Assembly (NCBI GenBank): GCA_041576165.1
Contig: JBFGLM010000008.1
Span: 1 to 64,000, forward strand
DNA length: 64,000 bases
Reading direction: 5' to 3'
From: Acidimicrobiia bacterium
Lineage (GTDB): Bacteria > Actinomycetota > Acidimicrobiia > Spongiisociales > Spongiisociaceae
Shown here: in pieces, positions 1-9,633 of the stretch
Position numbering within the stretch: the first letter of the stretch is position 1
Layout of the letters: each line of letters opens with the position of its first letter
The notes under the pieces: generated by a model
Databases searched by the model: none
Told to the model about the DNA's origin: nothing
Seen by the model: the letters and a program-made list of their open reading frames with translations, nothing else
Program-made: the position numbers and the translations under genes

Positions 1-847
1 CGGCGCTCAACGTCAACAGCTGATAACGGTCTCGTCGCGCCGCCGACACGGTTACCCACGCCGCGGTGACGCCAGCCAGGAGCCATGCGACCCCCTTGTC
101 AGTCGCCCATGCTCCGACGCTGCCAACGATGGCGGCCCCCATCAGGAGTGCTCCCAGCATGGTCACCGAGGCGAGATACCCGATCCGTACGGCGAGCACG
201 GTCTTGCCGGCGAGCCGGTCGCTGTCGAGATCCGGCAGTTCAAACGCCAGCATCATGGCTAGATGCACTGGCACCAGAACCGCCATCGCCCACGCCAGGC
301 CGGGCTTGATAGATCCGCCGTTTACCAGCGCGCCGACTGCGGGCACCATCCCCGCCACGACGACTGAGGTGACCATCTCTCCCCAGCCGGTCTCCAACAA
401 TCGCACCGGCGGGAATGAGTAACTCCAGGAGACCGCCAGCGCCAGCAGACCCAACAAGGAGGCAACAGGAGTCGCTGCTGCCACGAACGCCGCCAGCAGC
501 ACGGCCAGCCCGGAGGACACCACGGCCGCCCGTAGCGCCACCACCGGCGCCAGCCGTCCGGAGCTGAGGACGCCGCTCCCCCCTGAAAACATCGTACGGT
601 TGGTGACCAGACGATCTGGGCCGACATCGGCATATTCATTGACATAGTGAGCGGTGACTTGAGCGGAAGTCACCATGCCCTGGCCGAGCAGGTAGGCGCC
701 TGGGTTGGTCACGTCACCGCTGAACGCGCCGATCGCATACATCACTGCCCCGCCCACTAGAAAGTGCGGCCGAGTCAGCAGGACGAACGCCCGAACGAAA
801 GCCACGACGCGATTCTCGTCGGCGGGGAACCGTGGCGGGACCGACAC
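1..847 (-). CDS. UbiA/MenA-family prenyltransferase (3' end runs off the window)
   Basis: Manual translation of the minus strand: LLTRPHFL...HYVNEYAD...NRTMFSGGSGVL (NxxxD and SGGS motifs) with multiple TM segments. Absent from the ORF track because no stop lies in the window. Start is 847 or 805. Confidence 0.75.
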   Translation of the reverse strand, partial: MSVPPRFPADENRVVAFVRAFVLLTRPHFLVGGAVMYAIGAFSGDVTNPGAYLLGQGMVTSAQVTAHYVNEYADVGPDRLVTNRTMFSGGSGVLSSGRLAPVVALRAAVVSSGLAVLLAAFVAAATPVASLLGLLALAVSWSYSFPPVRLLETGWGEMVTSVVVAGMVPAVGALVNGGSIKPGLAWAMAVLVPVHLAMMLAFELPDLDSDRLAGKTVLAVRIGYLASVTMLGALLMGAAIVGSVGAWATDKGVAWLLAGVTAAWVTVSAARRDRYQLLTLSA

Positions 848-975
848 GTCAGCACTCGAGCAATCACGGCCCGCGTTCTGTGACCGCCGAGGCAAGAACG
901 GGACTTGCCAACTGCCCGTCGGGGACGGATGCTGCCGAAAAGTGGCGCGCGTGTCACCAGATACGGAGGTTCTGT

Positions 976-1677
976 GTGCGACGTATGAGTACGGCGTTGA
1001 TCGCGGCGCTGATCTCGGCTGGGGGGCTACCGGCTGGGGCAGCACCGCCGCCCGAGGCACCTGCTGCACAGGTCACCCACCTCAACTCTTCCGGTCTGGG
1101 AGCCGCCGCCCAGTGGTCCTCATGCCCAGCCGAGCCGGTTGCGGGAGACGAATGTACTGACACCTTCCTCTCGGCGATCTTCGTCAAGTCCGAGAATCAG
1201 CGCCCCATACGAGAAGACATGGTTCTTCTCGAGCAGTTCACATTCCGCTTCGTGGAGGTTGAGGGAGCCCTCGATTCGATTGTGGTTTCGAGCACGTCGG
1301 CCTCTGGTCCGATCGATCTCGACATCGATCGCAAACTCCAGGCTGCCGAGTTCAGCGCGACGGTTGGTGGGCAGAGATGCATGAGGGTCGACGATGATTT
1401 TGACTGCACGGAAACCACGGTGGATCTCGATGCATCGTGGTCGGCGGACGGAGAAGTGGTCCGCTTCAACGAGCACACCACGCCAACAGGAGGCTTTGGG
1501 CCGCCGTTCCTGATCGTTCACGAGCAAGGCAAGGTGCGCAACGCGTCGGCATCGGTAGGCGGAACATCGGTGCCCGGCGATCTGGTGTTGGCCGAGTTGT
1601 TCGACAGGTCCCGGAGCTTCATCTTGGTGTGCCGTGGTGGGCCGAATGTCGATCCGGCCGATTGCCCCGCCCCATGA
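976..1677 (+). CDS. Secreted hypothetical protein with three Cys pairs
   Basis: GGAGG RBS before GTG at 976; signal-peptide-like N-terminus (RRMSTALIAALISAGGLPAGA); beta-rich-looking body. Confidence 0.7.
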   Translation: MRRMSTALIAALISAGGLPAGAAPPPEAPAAQVTHLNSSGLGAAAQWSSCPAEPVAGDECTDTFLSAIFVKSENQRPIREDMVLLEQFTFRFVEVEGALDSIVVSSTSASGPIDLDIDRKLQAAEFSATVGGQRCMRVDDDFDCTETTVDLDASWSADGEVVRFNEHTTPTGGFGPPFLIVHEQGKVRNASASVGGTSVPGDLVLAELFDRSRSFILVCRGGPNVDPADCPAP

Positions 1678-1720
1678 TGGCGGGTGCACGCGGCCGCCCA
1701 GGAGGCTCCGGCGCGCATGG

Positions 1721-2506
1721 TCAGAACAAGCCGGAGGTAGCTCCCCCGTCAACGCCGATCGCTACACCCTGGATGTGGCGAGCTTCCGGCTTGCACAGAA
1801 ACGCTACGGCTGCGGCCACATCCTCGGGAGTACCCAATCTGCGCACGCCCTGCCGCTCCACAATCCTTTGCTGAAGTTCGTCGGGTGAGGTGCCGGCCGC
1901 TTCGGCCCGAGCCGCCAGCAGGGTCGTGAACCGTTCGGTTCGGGTCTGACCCGGGTGGATGGCATTGACGTTGACATCGTCGCGGAGGCCCTGACCGGCC
2001 AGTGCTTTGGTGAAGTTGGCCAGCGCGGCGTTGACCGCGCCGCCGATCATGATGTCGGGCGCCGGGGTGCGGGCCAGCCCGCCGACGATATTGACGACAG
2101 TGCCGTGTGACGCCACCAGATTGGGCCAGAAGGCCCGGCACACCCGGACGGCCCCGTGGAACTTGAGGGCAAATCCGTCTATCCACGCCTCGTCGTCGAG
2201 TTCCAGGAAGGGACCGGCCTTGGTGGCGCCGGCGTTGTTGATCAGGATGTCGATTGAATCGAATGCCTGGGTGGCGGCCGCGTGCAACGTGGAGACACCT
2301 TCGGCGATCCGCAAATCAACGGCCACGGTCTCGACTCGCCGGCCCGAGTCTGTGCTGATCGACTGAGCCGTTGCGTCGAGGTCTGCCGCGGTGCGGGCCG
2401 CCAAGACCAGATCGGCTCCTTCCGCCGCGAGTCGCCGCGCGATTGCCCGGCCTATTCCCTTGCTCCCTCCCGTGACGATTGCCGTCCTTCCAGCCAGTGC
2501 GCTCAT
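1721..2506 (-). CDS. SDR family oxidoreductase
   Basis: TGGSKGIG, INNAG and C-terminal VDGG motifs; the catalytic Tyr of YxxxK is not evident. Confidence 0.9.
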   Translation of the reverse strand: MSALAGRTAIVTGGSKGIGRAIARRLAAEGADLVLAARTAADLDATAQSISTDSGRRVETVAVDLRIAEGVSTLHAAATQAFDSIDILINNAGATKAGPFLELDDEAWIDGFALKFHGAVRVCRAFWPNLVASHGTVVNIVGGLARTPAPDIMIGGAVNAALANFTKALAGQGLRDDVNVNAIHPGQTRTERFTTLLAARAEAAGTSPDELQQRIVERQGVRRLGTPEDVAAAVAFLCKPEARHIQGVAIGVDGGATSGLF

Positions 2507-2686
2507 TGGGCCACCTCCGTTGAGAGTGACTCAAGCACACGAACGGGCTGCGTGTTGGCAAATGGGTCGGCCGGGACAGCCGTACGTCCGGGTGCAGTCA
2601 ACCCAAGTACTGACTTATGGCCGTGGCGGGCGTTTCGAACCCCCTGATGAAATGGCAGTGAGGCGCAGACGGGAAGCGAGGTTGGT

Positions 2687-3796
2687 ATGGAAACGGACTG
2701 GCAGCGGTTGATCGATGAGCTGGGTCCCGAGAAGGTGGTGTTGCTGACCGACCCCGGGACCGGCCTTCGGGCCGTGTTGGTGGTCGATAACACTGCAGCG
2801 GGTCCCGCCATTGGCGGGGTTCGCATGGCGCCGGACCTGACGCTGGAGGAAGTGTTCCGCCTCGCCCGAGCGATGACCTTCAAGAATGCGGCGGCCAGGC
2901 TTCCCCACGGTGGTGGGAAAGCAGGGATCGTTGGCGACCCCTTGATGCCCGCTGACGAAAAGGAGCGTCTAGTTCGTGCGTTCGCCGGTTCCATCCGGGA
3001 TATCGTCGATTACATCCCGGGACCCGACATGGGCATGACCGAAACGGCCATGGCTTTTGTCATCGACGAGATCGGGCGCGCAGTCGGGCTGCCTGAGGTC
3101 ATGGGCGGTATTCCGCTCGACAAGCTGGGCGCGACCGGATTCGGCCTGGCAATCGCGGCGGAGGTCGCCGAGGAATTCGGATATGTCCGCTTGGACGGCG
3201 CCCGCGTGGTCATTCAGGGATTCGGTGCCGTCGGAAGGCATGTGGCACGATTCCTATCCGAGCGTGGCGCCGTTATCGTCGGCGTGTCTGATAGCCGAGG
3301 CGGCGTCGTGAACCAAGCCGGGCTCGACGTCGACAAGATGGCGCTATGGAAGGAAGCGGGGCACTCGGTTAGCGAGTTTGGTGGCGGGACAGAGGCAAAC
3401 CACCAGCAGCTCGTACATTACCCGTGCGACATTTGGATCCCGGCGGCTCGACCCGATGCCTTCACCGGCGCCAACGCCGCCCTGGTGGAAGCCCGGGTGG
3501 TGTTGCCTGGAGCGAACATTGCAGTGACAGAGCCGGCCGATGAGATCTTCTTCGAGCGAGGGATCCTGTCGTTGCCGGACTTCATCGTGAATGCAGGGGG
3601 CGTGATTTGCGCTGCGGTTGAATACAGCGGCGGCACGGCTTCTCAAGCTTTCCACGTGATCGAGGAGAAGATTCGCGCCAACACCCGTGAGGTGCTGGAG
3701 GCAGCAAGCGGCCAGAACATGGTGCCGGCAGCCGCCGCCCGGCAGCTGGCGCGAAGCCGGGTCGAAGAGGCGATGAGCTACCGGCGGCGCTTTTGA
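2687..3796 (+). CDS. Glu/Leu/Phe/Val dehydrogenase
   Basis: GPAIGGVRM, MTFK, GGGKAGI, PGPDMG, QGFGAVG and PDFIVNAGGV motifs. Confidence 0.92.
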   Translation: METDWQRLIDELGPEKVVLLTDPGTGLRAVLVVDNTAAGPAIGGVRMAPDLTLEEVFRLARAMTFKNAAARLPHGGGKAGIVGDPLMPADEKERLVRAFAGSIRDIVDYIPGPDMGMTETAMAFVIDEIGRAVGLPEVMGGIPLDKLGATGFGLAIAAEVAEEFGYVRLDGARVVIQGFGAVGRHVARFLSERGAVIVGVSDSRGGVVNQAGLDVDKMALWKEAGHSVSEFGGGTEANHQQLVHYPCDIWIPAARPDAFTGANAALVEARVVLPGANIAVTEPADEIFFERGILSLPDFIVNAGGVICAAVEYSGGTASQAFHVIEEKIRANTREVLEAASGQNMVPAAAARQLARSRVEEAMSYRRRF

Positions 3797-3806
3797 GGTC
3801 GATGAG

Positions 3807-3841
3807 AAAAAGGGGGAGGGGCTCCGGCCCTCCCCCTTTTT
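3807..3841. terminator. Bidirectional intrinsic terminator
   Basis: Perfect 14-bp inverted repeat AAAAAGGGGGAGGG-gctccgg-CCCTCCCCCTTTTT between convergent genes. Confidence 0.9.
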
Positions 3842-3855
3842 GATCTCAGGTGCGC

Positions 3856-4164
3856 TCACATCTCGATTGCTTCACGCACTTCGACAGTGCCGCCGGCCGA
3901 GAGATGAGGGCTCGCTTTGGCGAATGCCACCACGTCGTCGATGGAGTCGGCATTGATCAGGCTGTAGCCGTTGAGGCTGGTAGCCGTGTCCGACACCGCG
4001 CCGTCGGCGGACACCGACTTGGCTTGCCCGAGCGGAGCGCCTCCATCGACCAACTTGTCGCCGGCCGAAGCCAGCCACTCGCTCCAAGCCGCCATCACAG
4101 AAGCTTGCTCAGCCTCCGTCTCTGGCATCCCGCCGCCGTGGTACGCGAGCAGGTACTTGGCCAT
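3856..4164 (-). CDS. YciI family protein
   Basis: MAKYLLAYHGG...GYSLINADS...GGTVEVRE pattern; GGAGG RBS. Confidence 0.8.
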   Translation of the reverse strand: MAKYLLAYHGGGMPETEAEQASVMAAWSEWLASAGDKLVDGGAPLGQAKSVSADGAVSDTATSLNGYSLINADSIDDVVAFAKASPHLSAGGTVEVREAIEM

Positions 4165-4368
4165 GATCCCTCCTTGTGGGGCTCGTAGAACCGTCTTCCA
4201 AGGCCGACGTGCAACGACGGCCAATCTCGACAGTCCGTTTTCGTTCCGGGCGGAACAACGACACGGCGTGGTGTGAGACTCTTGTCAGGCCGTCTTGATT
4301 CGGTCGGTAGGGCGGAGGAATGCGGGGTTTGGCGTGCCTCGATCAGTAACGGGTGGGCCCGGGTCCGC

Positions 4369-4620
4369 TCACAGGCCCCCGGCCGTCAAGGAATCGACTA
4401 CTTTCTGGATTGCAGCCGTCAGGCGGGGATGGTCGGCTTCGAATTGGTAGACGGCGTCAGTCAACACCTGGAGCACGCCCTCTCGCGACTCCTCCGAGGT
4501 ATCTCTACCGTCGCCATATTCACCCATGCGGCGCAGCACCTCGCGAGCGCCCTCGTTGCCCTCGTCGGCGGCGTGCCGCAGCTGGCGTAGAAGTTCTTCA
4601 AAGTCTGGGTTGTCGGTCAA
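4369..4620 (-). CDS. Small DUF4404-like protein
   Basis: C-terminus FEADHPRLTAAIQKVVDSLTAGGL; TTG start after a GGGAG RBS. Confidence 0.65.
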   Translation of the reverse strand: MTDNPDFEELLRQLRHAADEGNEGAREVLRRMGEYGDGRDTSEESREGVLQVLTDAVYQFEADHPRLTAAIQKVVDSLTAGGL

Positions 4621-4648
4621 TCGGCTGCTCCCGTCTGTTTGATCCACT

Positions 4649-5402
4649 TTAAGCATGACCTTGAACCTGTCGCCGAGCCGCTCCTCCCTGAATCCGGCGG
4701 TGTTCAGAAACATACTTTCCGAACGCTCGGCGCTCCCGGATCGCGTCGAAACCGGCCACGGCCCGGCCAAATGGGATCACCGTCACTTGGGGACGCAGCT
4801 TGCCATGGTCGTACAGGTTCATGACCCGGCGATACATCTCCCAATAGCCGGCGCGATCGCGCTCGACGGCGAGGCCGGCGTTCACGCCCACCACAGCCGA
4901 ACCTTTCACAGCACCACGTTGTACGGAGAGACTGGATAGTGCCGCCGGCGAAGCCCAAAGCCAGGAGGCGGCCATTCCACGCCATGGCTCTCGCCAGATC
5001 TTCGAAGCCCGCGCCGCCGACGACGTCGACGGCGACATCGACACCGCGCCGGGCCAGCGCCCGGAGGGCAGGGCGCAGATCATCTTTTCCGCGAATCACG
5101 ACGTCGTGGGCGCCGTTCTCATGTGCAAACGCGCCCTTCGCTTCGGTGCCGACGACGGCTATCACCTGGGCACCAAGAGCTCGACCCAGCTGCACCGTGG
5201 CCGAACCCAGAGCGCCGGCGACGCCCGTTACCACCAACGATTCGCCGGATCGGAGTTCCGCTTGCATGAGCAGGTCGGGAAAGTTCATGCCGCTGGCCTC
5301 CATGGTTATGCGCACATGCCCGTGGGGGAGAGGAACTGGTTCCATCTCCCGCAGTTCGAGGTTGCGATGGTCCCCGTAGGCGTCGATCTGCCACGCGTGC
5401 AC
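4649..5402 (-). pseudogene. NADPH:quinone oxidoreductase (MDR family) pseudogene
   Basis: NFPDLLM joins directly to QAELRSGESLVVTGVAGALG, so the GroES-domain middle is missing. A frameshift near 4925 puts the C-terminus (KGSAVVGV...RRAFGKYV) in another frame. Confidence 0.8.
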
Positions 5403-5436
5403 GAGTGGAGGGTGCCAGATCCGCAGCTCGCCCGAC

Positions 5437-6459
5437 TCAAGCCGCGATGTGACCGCGCTCGAGCTGATCTTGGACGGTGGCGGCGATTGTTTCATCAAGC
5501 GGCCGGTACCTCACACCCAGCTCGTCCTGCACCCGCGACGCATCAAATGTCGTCGGGCTTCCGAGGTTGGCGTGCAGGAACTGGCGTACGCCTTTGGGCT
5601 GCACATATGCCAGCAGCCTGACAACAGCGCTGCCGGCAGCGTTGTCGAGCGGAAGCCTGGGCAACTTCGGATGGTCGTGAATGGCCCGCGCCGCGGCGAC
5701 GGAATCTCGCATGCTGATCTGGCCGGCGCAGGCTATGTAACGGCCCGATGCGTTTTGGGTCTCGGCTGCTGACTGGTGGACCTCGGCCAAGTCGCGGACG
5801 TCGACGACATTGAATGTCAAATCCATCAGAGCCGGCCACTTGCCCGCGTACATGTCCCGAATCATCCTTGTCGACTCGCTCAGCCGGGGACCGAGCGCGG
5901 GGCCCCACACAAAGACCGGCTGGACCGCGATGAGATCGAAATCGGGCTGCCACTCCTCCATGAACGCCCACGCTGCCTTCTCGGCCATCGTCTTCGAATA
6001 TGCGTACGCGCCGTGTGTGAGCGACGAGTCGGTGTTCCAGGTGTTGTGATCTACCAATCGCCCATCCCGGCGTCCTCCCAGAGCGGCGACAGACGAGGTC
6101 TGCACGACGCGTTTCACGGTCCCGGCACGCCGGCTCGCATCGAGCACAGCCTCGGTGCCGTTGACGGCTGGGTCCACGAGGTCGCGCTGGGGGTCATCGA
6201 CAGTGAGTTGCAGCGGGCTCGCAACATGGAACACCAATTCGGATCCAGCGATCGCGGTGTCGAAGGACCCCGGATCCATGAGGTCGGCTTCGAACAAACT
6301 CAGCCGGTCGAAACCGTCGAGATGGGAAAGGAACCCGGAGCGAGCACGATCGGCGTCGCGAACGGTCCCCCGCACCTCATAACCTTGATCGAGCAGACGC
6401 TGAACGACGTGCGACCCGATGAACCCGGTGGCGCCCGTGACGCACGCGGTAGCCGGCAC
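5437..6459 (-). CDS. NAD-dependent epimerase/dehydratase (aldehyde/dihydroflavonol reductase-like extended SDR)
   Basis: VTGATGFIG, FHVASP, TSS and YAYSK motifs. Confidence 0.9.
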   Translation of the reverse strand: MPATACVTGATGFIGSHVVQRLLDQGYEVRGTVRDADRARSGFLSHLDGFDRLSLFEADLMDPGSFDTAIAGSELVFHVASPLQLTVDDPQRDLVDPAVNGTEAVLDASRRAGTVKRVVQTSSVAALGGRRDGRLVDHNTWNTDSSLTHGAYAYSKTMAEKAAWAFMEEWQPDFDLIAVQPVFVWGPALGPRLSESTRMIRDMYAGKWPALMDLTFNVVDVRDLAEVHQSAAETQNASGRYIACAGQISMRDSVAAARAIHDHPKLPRLPLDNAAGSAVVRLLAYVQPKGVRQFLHANLGSPTTFDASRVQDELGVRYRPLDETIAATVQDQLERGHIAA

Positions 6460-6522
6460 GTTTCCTCCCTCCGGCGCAGACTGCTGAGCTTATCGAAGCG
6501 GTCCGTTCGTGGCATGAACGCA

Positions 6523-8175
6523 TCATGGGCCGGAAGCGGCGTGGCGGTACACCTCCACGTCAACTGGGGCCAGCGGCGTGTTGCCCAGGATCAAGTCGGC
6601 CGCCTTCTCAGCGATCATCATGACGGGCGCATAGATGTTGCCGTTGGTCACGTAGGGCATGACCGAAGCATCGACAACCCGCAGATTGTCGACGCCGTAG
6701 ACGCGCATCGATCCCGGATCGACCACGGCCACGTCATCTGCGCCCATCCGGGCCGTACACGAGGGGTGCAGGGCCGTCTCTGCATCCCTTTTGACCCATT
6801 CCAGGATTTCTGGGTCCGACTCTACTTCGTGGCCCGGCGACAGCTCGCCGCCGTTGTAGCGGTCGAACGCGGGCTGATTCAGGAGCCGTCGGGCCACCCG
6901 CACGGCCTCGACCCACTCCCAACGATCCTGGTCCGTCGACAGGTAGTTGAACTGCAACGCCGGGTGCACTCTCGGGTCGTCGGACTTGAGCTTGACCGAG
7001 CCGCGTGCGTCGGAGTTCATCGGCCCAACGTGGACCTGGTATCCATGGCCGCCGGCCGGTGATGTGCCGTCATAGCGTATGGCGATCGGCAGGAAGTGGA
7101 ACATCAGGTTGGGATACGCGACCTCTTCGTTGCTCCGTACGAATCCGCCCGCCTCGAAGTGATTCGAGGCACCGAGACCGCGACGGCCAAACAACCACTC
7201 CCCTCCGATTATCGGGCGCCGCCACCAGGCAAGACCTGGAGCGATCGAGACCGGCAGCTTCGATCGGTACTGGATGTACACCTCGAGATGGTCCTGGAGG
7301 TTCTCGCCCACGCCGGGGACGTCGGCGACGGGTCTGATGCCCAACGCCTTCAGCTCGACGGCGTTGCCAACACCCGAAAGCTGCAACAACTGGGGCGAGT
7401 TGATCGCCCCCCCGCATAGGATCACCTCCCCGGCGGTCACCGTGTGGGACCGGCCGCGGTGCTCGTAGTCGACCCCGGTAGCACGGGGTCCGTCAAACCG
7501 AATGCGGGTTGTGAATGCTCGGGTCCTGACCTCTAGGTTGGGCCGGCGGATCACAGGGCGGAGATACGCCACCGACGCGCTGTGTCGCCGGCCGCGGGAG
7601 ATGTTGCGGTCGAATGCGGCGAAACCCTCCTGCTTGTAGCCGTTGACGTCATCGGTGAGGTCGTATCCCGCCTGCTGGACTGCTTCGAAAAAGGCATCGA
7701 ACAGCGGATTGGTGGCCGGCCCCCGCTCGAGAATCAGTGGTCCTTCGCCACCGCGGTACTCGTCGGCTCCGGCGAGGCACGTCTCCATCCGCTTGAAGTA
7801 GGGCAGACAGTGGGCATAATCCCAGGCCTCCATGCCGGAATCTCGCGCCCACTTGTCGTAGTCCATCGGGTTGCCACGTTGGAAGATCATGCCATTGATG
7901 CTGCTCGACCCGCCGAGCACCTTGCCCCGGGCGTGATAGATGCGCCGTCCGTTCATGCACGGCTCGGGCTCGGACTCGTAGCGCCAGTCGTAGAAACGGC
8001 TTCCGATCGGAAAGGCCAGCGCGGCCGGCATGTGGATGAATACGTCCCAGCGGTAGTCCGGGCGACCGGCCTCCAGCACCAGGACGCGGGTGGCCCGGTC
8101 GGCGCTCAGCCGGTTGGCCAGCACGCATCCGGCGGAACCCCCGCCCACGATCACAAAGTCGAATCGGTCCGTCAC
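6523..8175 (-). CDS. betA: Choline dehydrogenase (GMC oxidoreductase)
   Basis: [44 protein letters not shown] and TNGNIYAP motifs; GTG start overlaps the merR stop. Confidence 0.9.
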   Translation of the reverse strand: MTDRFDFVIVGGGSAGCVLANRLSADRATRVLVLEAGRPDYRWDVFIHMPAALAFPIGSRFYDWRYESEPEPCMNGRRIYHARGKVLGGSSSINGMIFQRGNPMDYDKWARDSGMEAWDYAHCLPYFKRMETCLAGADEYRGGEGPLILERGPATNPLFDAFFEAVQQAGYDLTDDVNGYKQEGFAAFDRNISRGRRHSASVAYLRPVIRRPNLEVRTRAFTTRIRFDGPRATGVDYEHRGRSHTVTAGEVILCGGAINSPQLLQLSGVGNAVELKALGIRPVADVPGVGENLQDHLEVYIQYRSKLPVSIAPGLAWWRRPIIGGEWLFGRRGLGASNHFEAGGFVRSNEEVAYPNLMFHFLPIAIRYDGTSPAGGHGYQVHVGPMNSDARGSVKLKSDDPRVHPALQFNYLSTDQDRWEWVEAVRVARRLLNQPAFDRYNGGELSPGHEVESDPEILEWVKRDAETALHPSCTARMGADDVAVVDPGSMRVYGVDNLRVVDASVMPYVTNGNIYAPVMMIAEKAADLILGNTPLAPVDVEVYRHAASGP

Positions 8176-8606
8176 GGGTGCGCCGCCACCGTCTCGTTTC
8201 TTGGCGGCGGACTTTCGATCACGTGGCACACGCAGGTATCCGGCCATGCGTCGGTCACGTTGGCGGCTGCGGTTTGCAGGTGGCCGAGCTCGGCCCGAAG
8301 GCGCTGCAGGTCTTCGATGCGTCTGTCGATCGCAGCCGCCTCTCTCGCCATCGAGTTGCGCACCGTGGCGCACGGCGCCTTCCCCTCAGTGCGAAGGCCC
8401 ACGATCTCGCGAATGTCGTCCAGCGGCAGCCCCAGCGAGCGCAACCGCCTGACGAAGCGCAGTAGGTCGACTTCATCGCGGCCGTAATCGCGATAACCGG
8501 CCGTGGTTCGACAGGGCGGGGGGGTCACGCCGTTTGATTCGTAGAAGCGTATGGCCGAAGCCTCCAGGCCTGAGAGTCGGGCAGCTTCTCCGATGCGCAC
8601 AGTCAC
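8172..8606 (-). CDS. MerR-family heavy-metal-responsive regulator
   Basis: [24 protein letters not shown]; Cys in APCATV plus C-terminal TCVCH. Confidence 0.9.
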   Translation of the reverse strand: MTVRIGEAARLSGLEASAIRFYESNGVTPPPCRTTAGYRDYGRDEVDLLRFVRRLRSLGLPLDDIREIVGLRTEGKAPCATVRNSMAREAAAIDRRIEDLQRLRAELGHLQTAAANVTDAWPDTCVCHVIESPPPRNETVAAHP

Positions 8607-8629
8607 CTCCGTGATCGGCCGGATCCTAA

Positions 8630-8650
8630 ACCTTCTAGCAGATTCAAGGT
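8630..8650 (-). promoter_or_regulatory. MerR/CueR-type operator upstream of the merR gene
   Basis: ACCTTGA-N7-AGAAGGT dyad followed by -10 TAGGAT; resembles the 9483-9503 site; -35 is weak. Confidence 0.65.
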
Positions 8651-9468
8651 AGGGGGATACCAGTCATCTGCGGAGCGACTGAGATGAAGAAGAACCAGCC
8701 TCCCACGACCACCATGACCCAGCCGCTCCATCGCTTCACGGCGGGGCCGGCCATACGAAGAGGTTGGATGGCGTCCGCTGCGAGCCGCGGCACTGCCACG
8801 GCTGCCACCACCAGAAGCGCCGCAAACACCATGGCGGCGGTGGCAAACGCCCAAGCTGTCGCGACCGGGCCGGAAACGAGGCTCTGTGAGGCCAGACCGG
8901 CCAGCAGCGGCCCCGTTCACCCGAACCCGATCAGCAGGTAGGCGGCCCCATAGAGAAAATCCCGACTCCCAAGGCTCCGATGGCGCATCATGTCGAGGCG
9001 GGAGCCGGCCGCACCTGCGATCCGGTCGAGCCATGAGCCGCCAGCCAGCAGGCGACCGGCCTGGCGCAGTCCCAGCAGAACCAGAAACGTTCCGACTGCG
9101 ATCCGAAACGCCCTGCCGGCGCTGGATTCCGACCCGACGATGTTTCCCGCGGCTAATCCGCCCGCGACGAAGATGACTGTTATCGCGCCGAATGTGACGG
9201 TCACGCCGGCGGCGATTCGTGCGACGCGAGCCGCCGAGCCCGAGCCGCTCGGCGGCCGAGCGAGGATGGTCAGCAGCAGGGGGAACGAGCAGGGGGAGAA
9301 GAATGCTCCGAACCCAGTGGCAGCCGCCAACACCATGGCGCCGCCCGCGGCGTCGCCACCTGGAACGCTGCGGGAGGCGATGAATCCGGCCAGCCCGGCC
9401 AGCAGCACACCGCCGGCGACGATCAGGAACCGAATGCGCCCCCGGCGGCGTTGCGTGAGGTCGTCCAT
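8644..9468 (-). CDS. CcdA/DsbD-beta-like membrane protein, predicted selenoprotein (UGA at 8917-8919)
   Basis: First motif FFSPCSFPLL. ORFs 8917..9468 and 8644..8832 are in one frame, separated by a single TGA in IGFG-U-TGPLL, the second catalytic Cys position. A SECIS-like hairpin follows. Confidence 0.78.
8884..8919 (-). promoter_or_regulatory. Putative bacterial SECIS element
   Basis: UGA ACG GGG CCG CUG CUG GCC GGU CUG GCC UCA CAG; GGCC/GGCC stem with GGUCU loop starting at +19, extendable by CUG/CAG pairing. Confidence 0.65.
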
Positions 9469-9475
9469 CTGAGCG

Positions 9476-9506
9476 ACGCTAGACCTTCAAGTCACTGGAA
9501 GGTCAA
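9476..9506 (-). promoter_or_regulatory. MerR-type promoter with 19-bp spacer and operator
   Basis: TTGACC-19 bp-TAGCGT with ACCTTCC-N7-TGAAGGT dyad (9483-9503); ATG lies 7 nt after the -10, so probably leaderless. Confidence 0.85.
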
Positions 9507-9543
9507 CGGTCCAGGCGGCCGTTTCTATGACCCGGCCACGGAA

Positions 9544-9570
9544 TTAGCACCTTCTTAGGAAGAGTTTGAG
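9544..9570 (+). promoter_or_regulatory. 11-bp-periodic direct repeats (OmpR-type box candidate)
   Basis: TTAG-N7-TTAG-N7-TTGA upstream of the repeat-protein gene. Confidence 0.5.
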
Positions 9571-9633
9571 GCATCCACAGGGCCGCATCTGTGACACTTG
9601 TCCGCAGTTAGCAGACAGTCAGGAGCCCAACCC

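Noticed and set aside
8644-8832. Independent 62-aa membrane protein
   Set aside because: Better explained as the C-terminus of the UGA read-through CcdA-like protein
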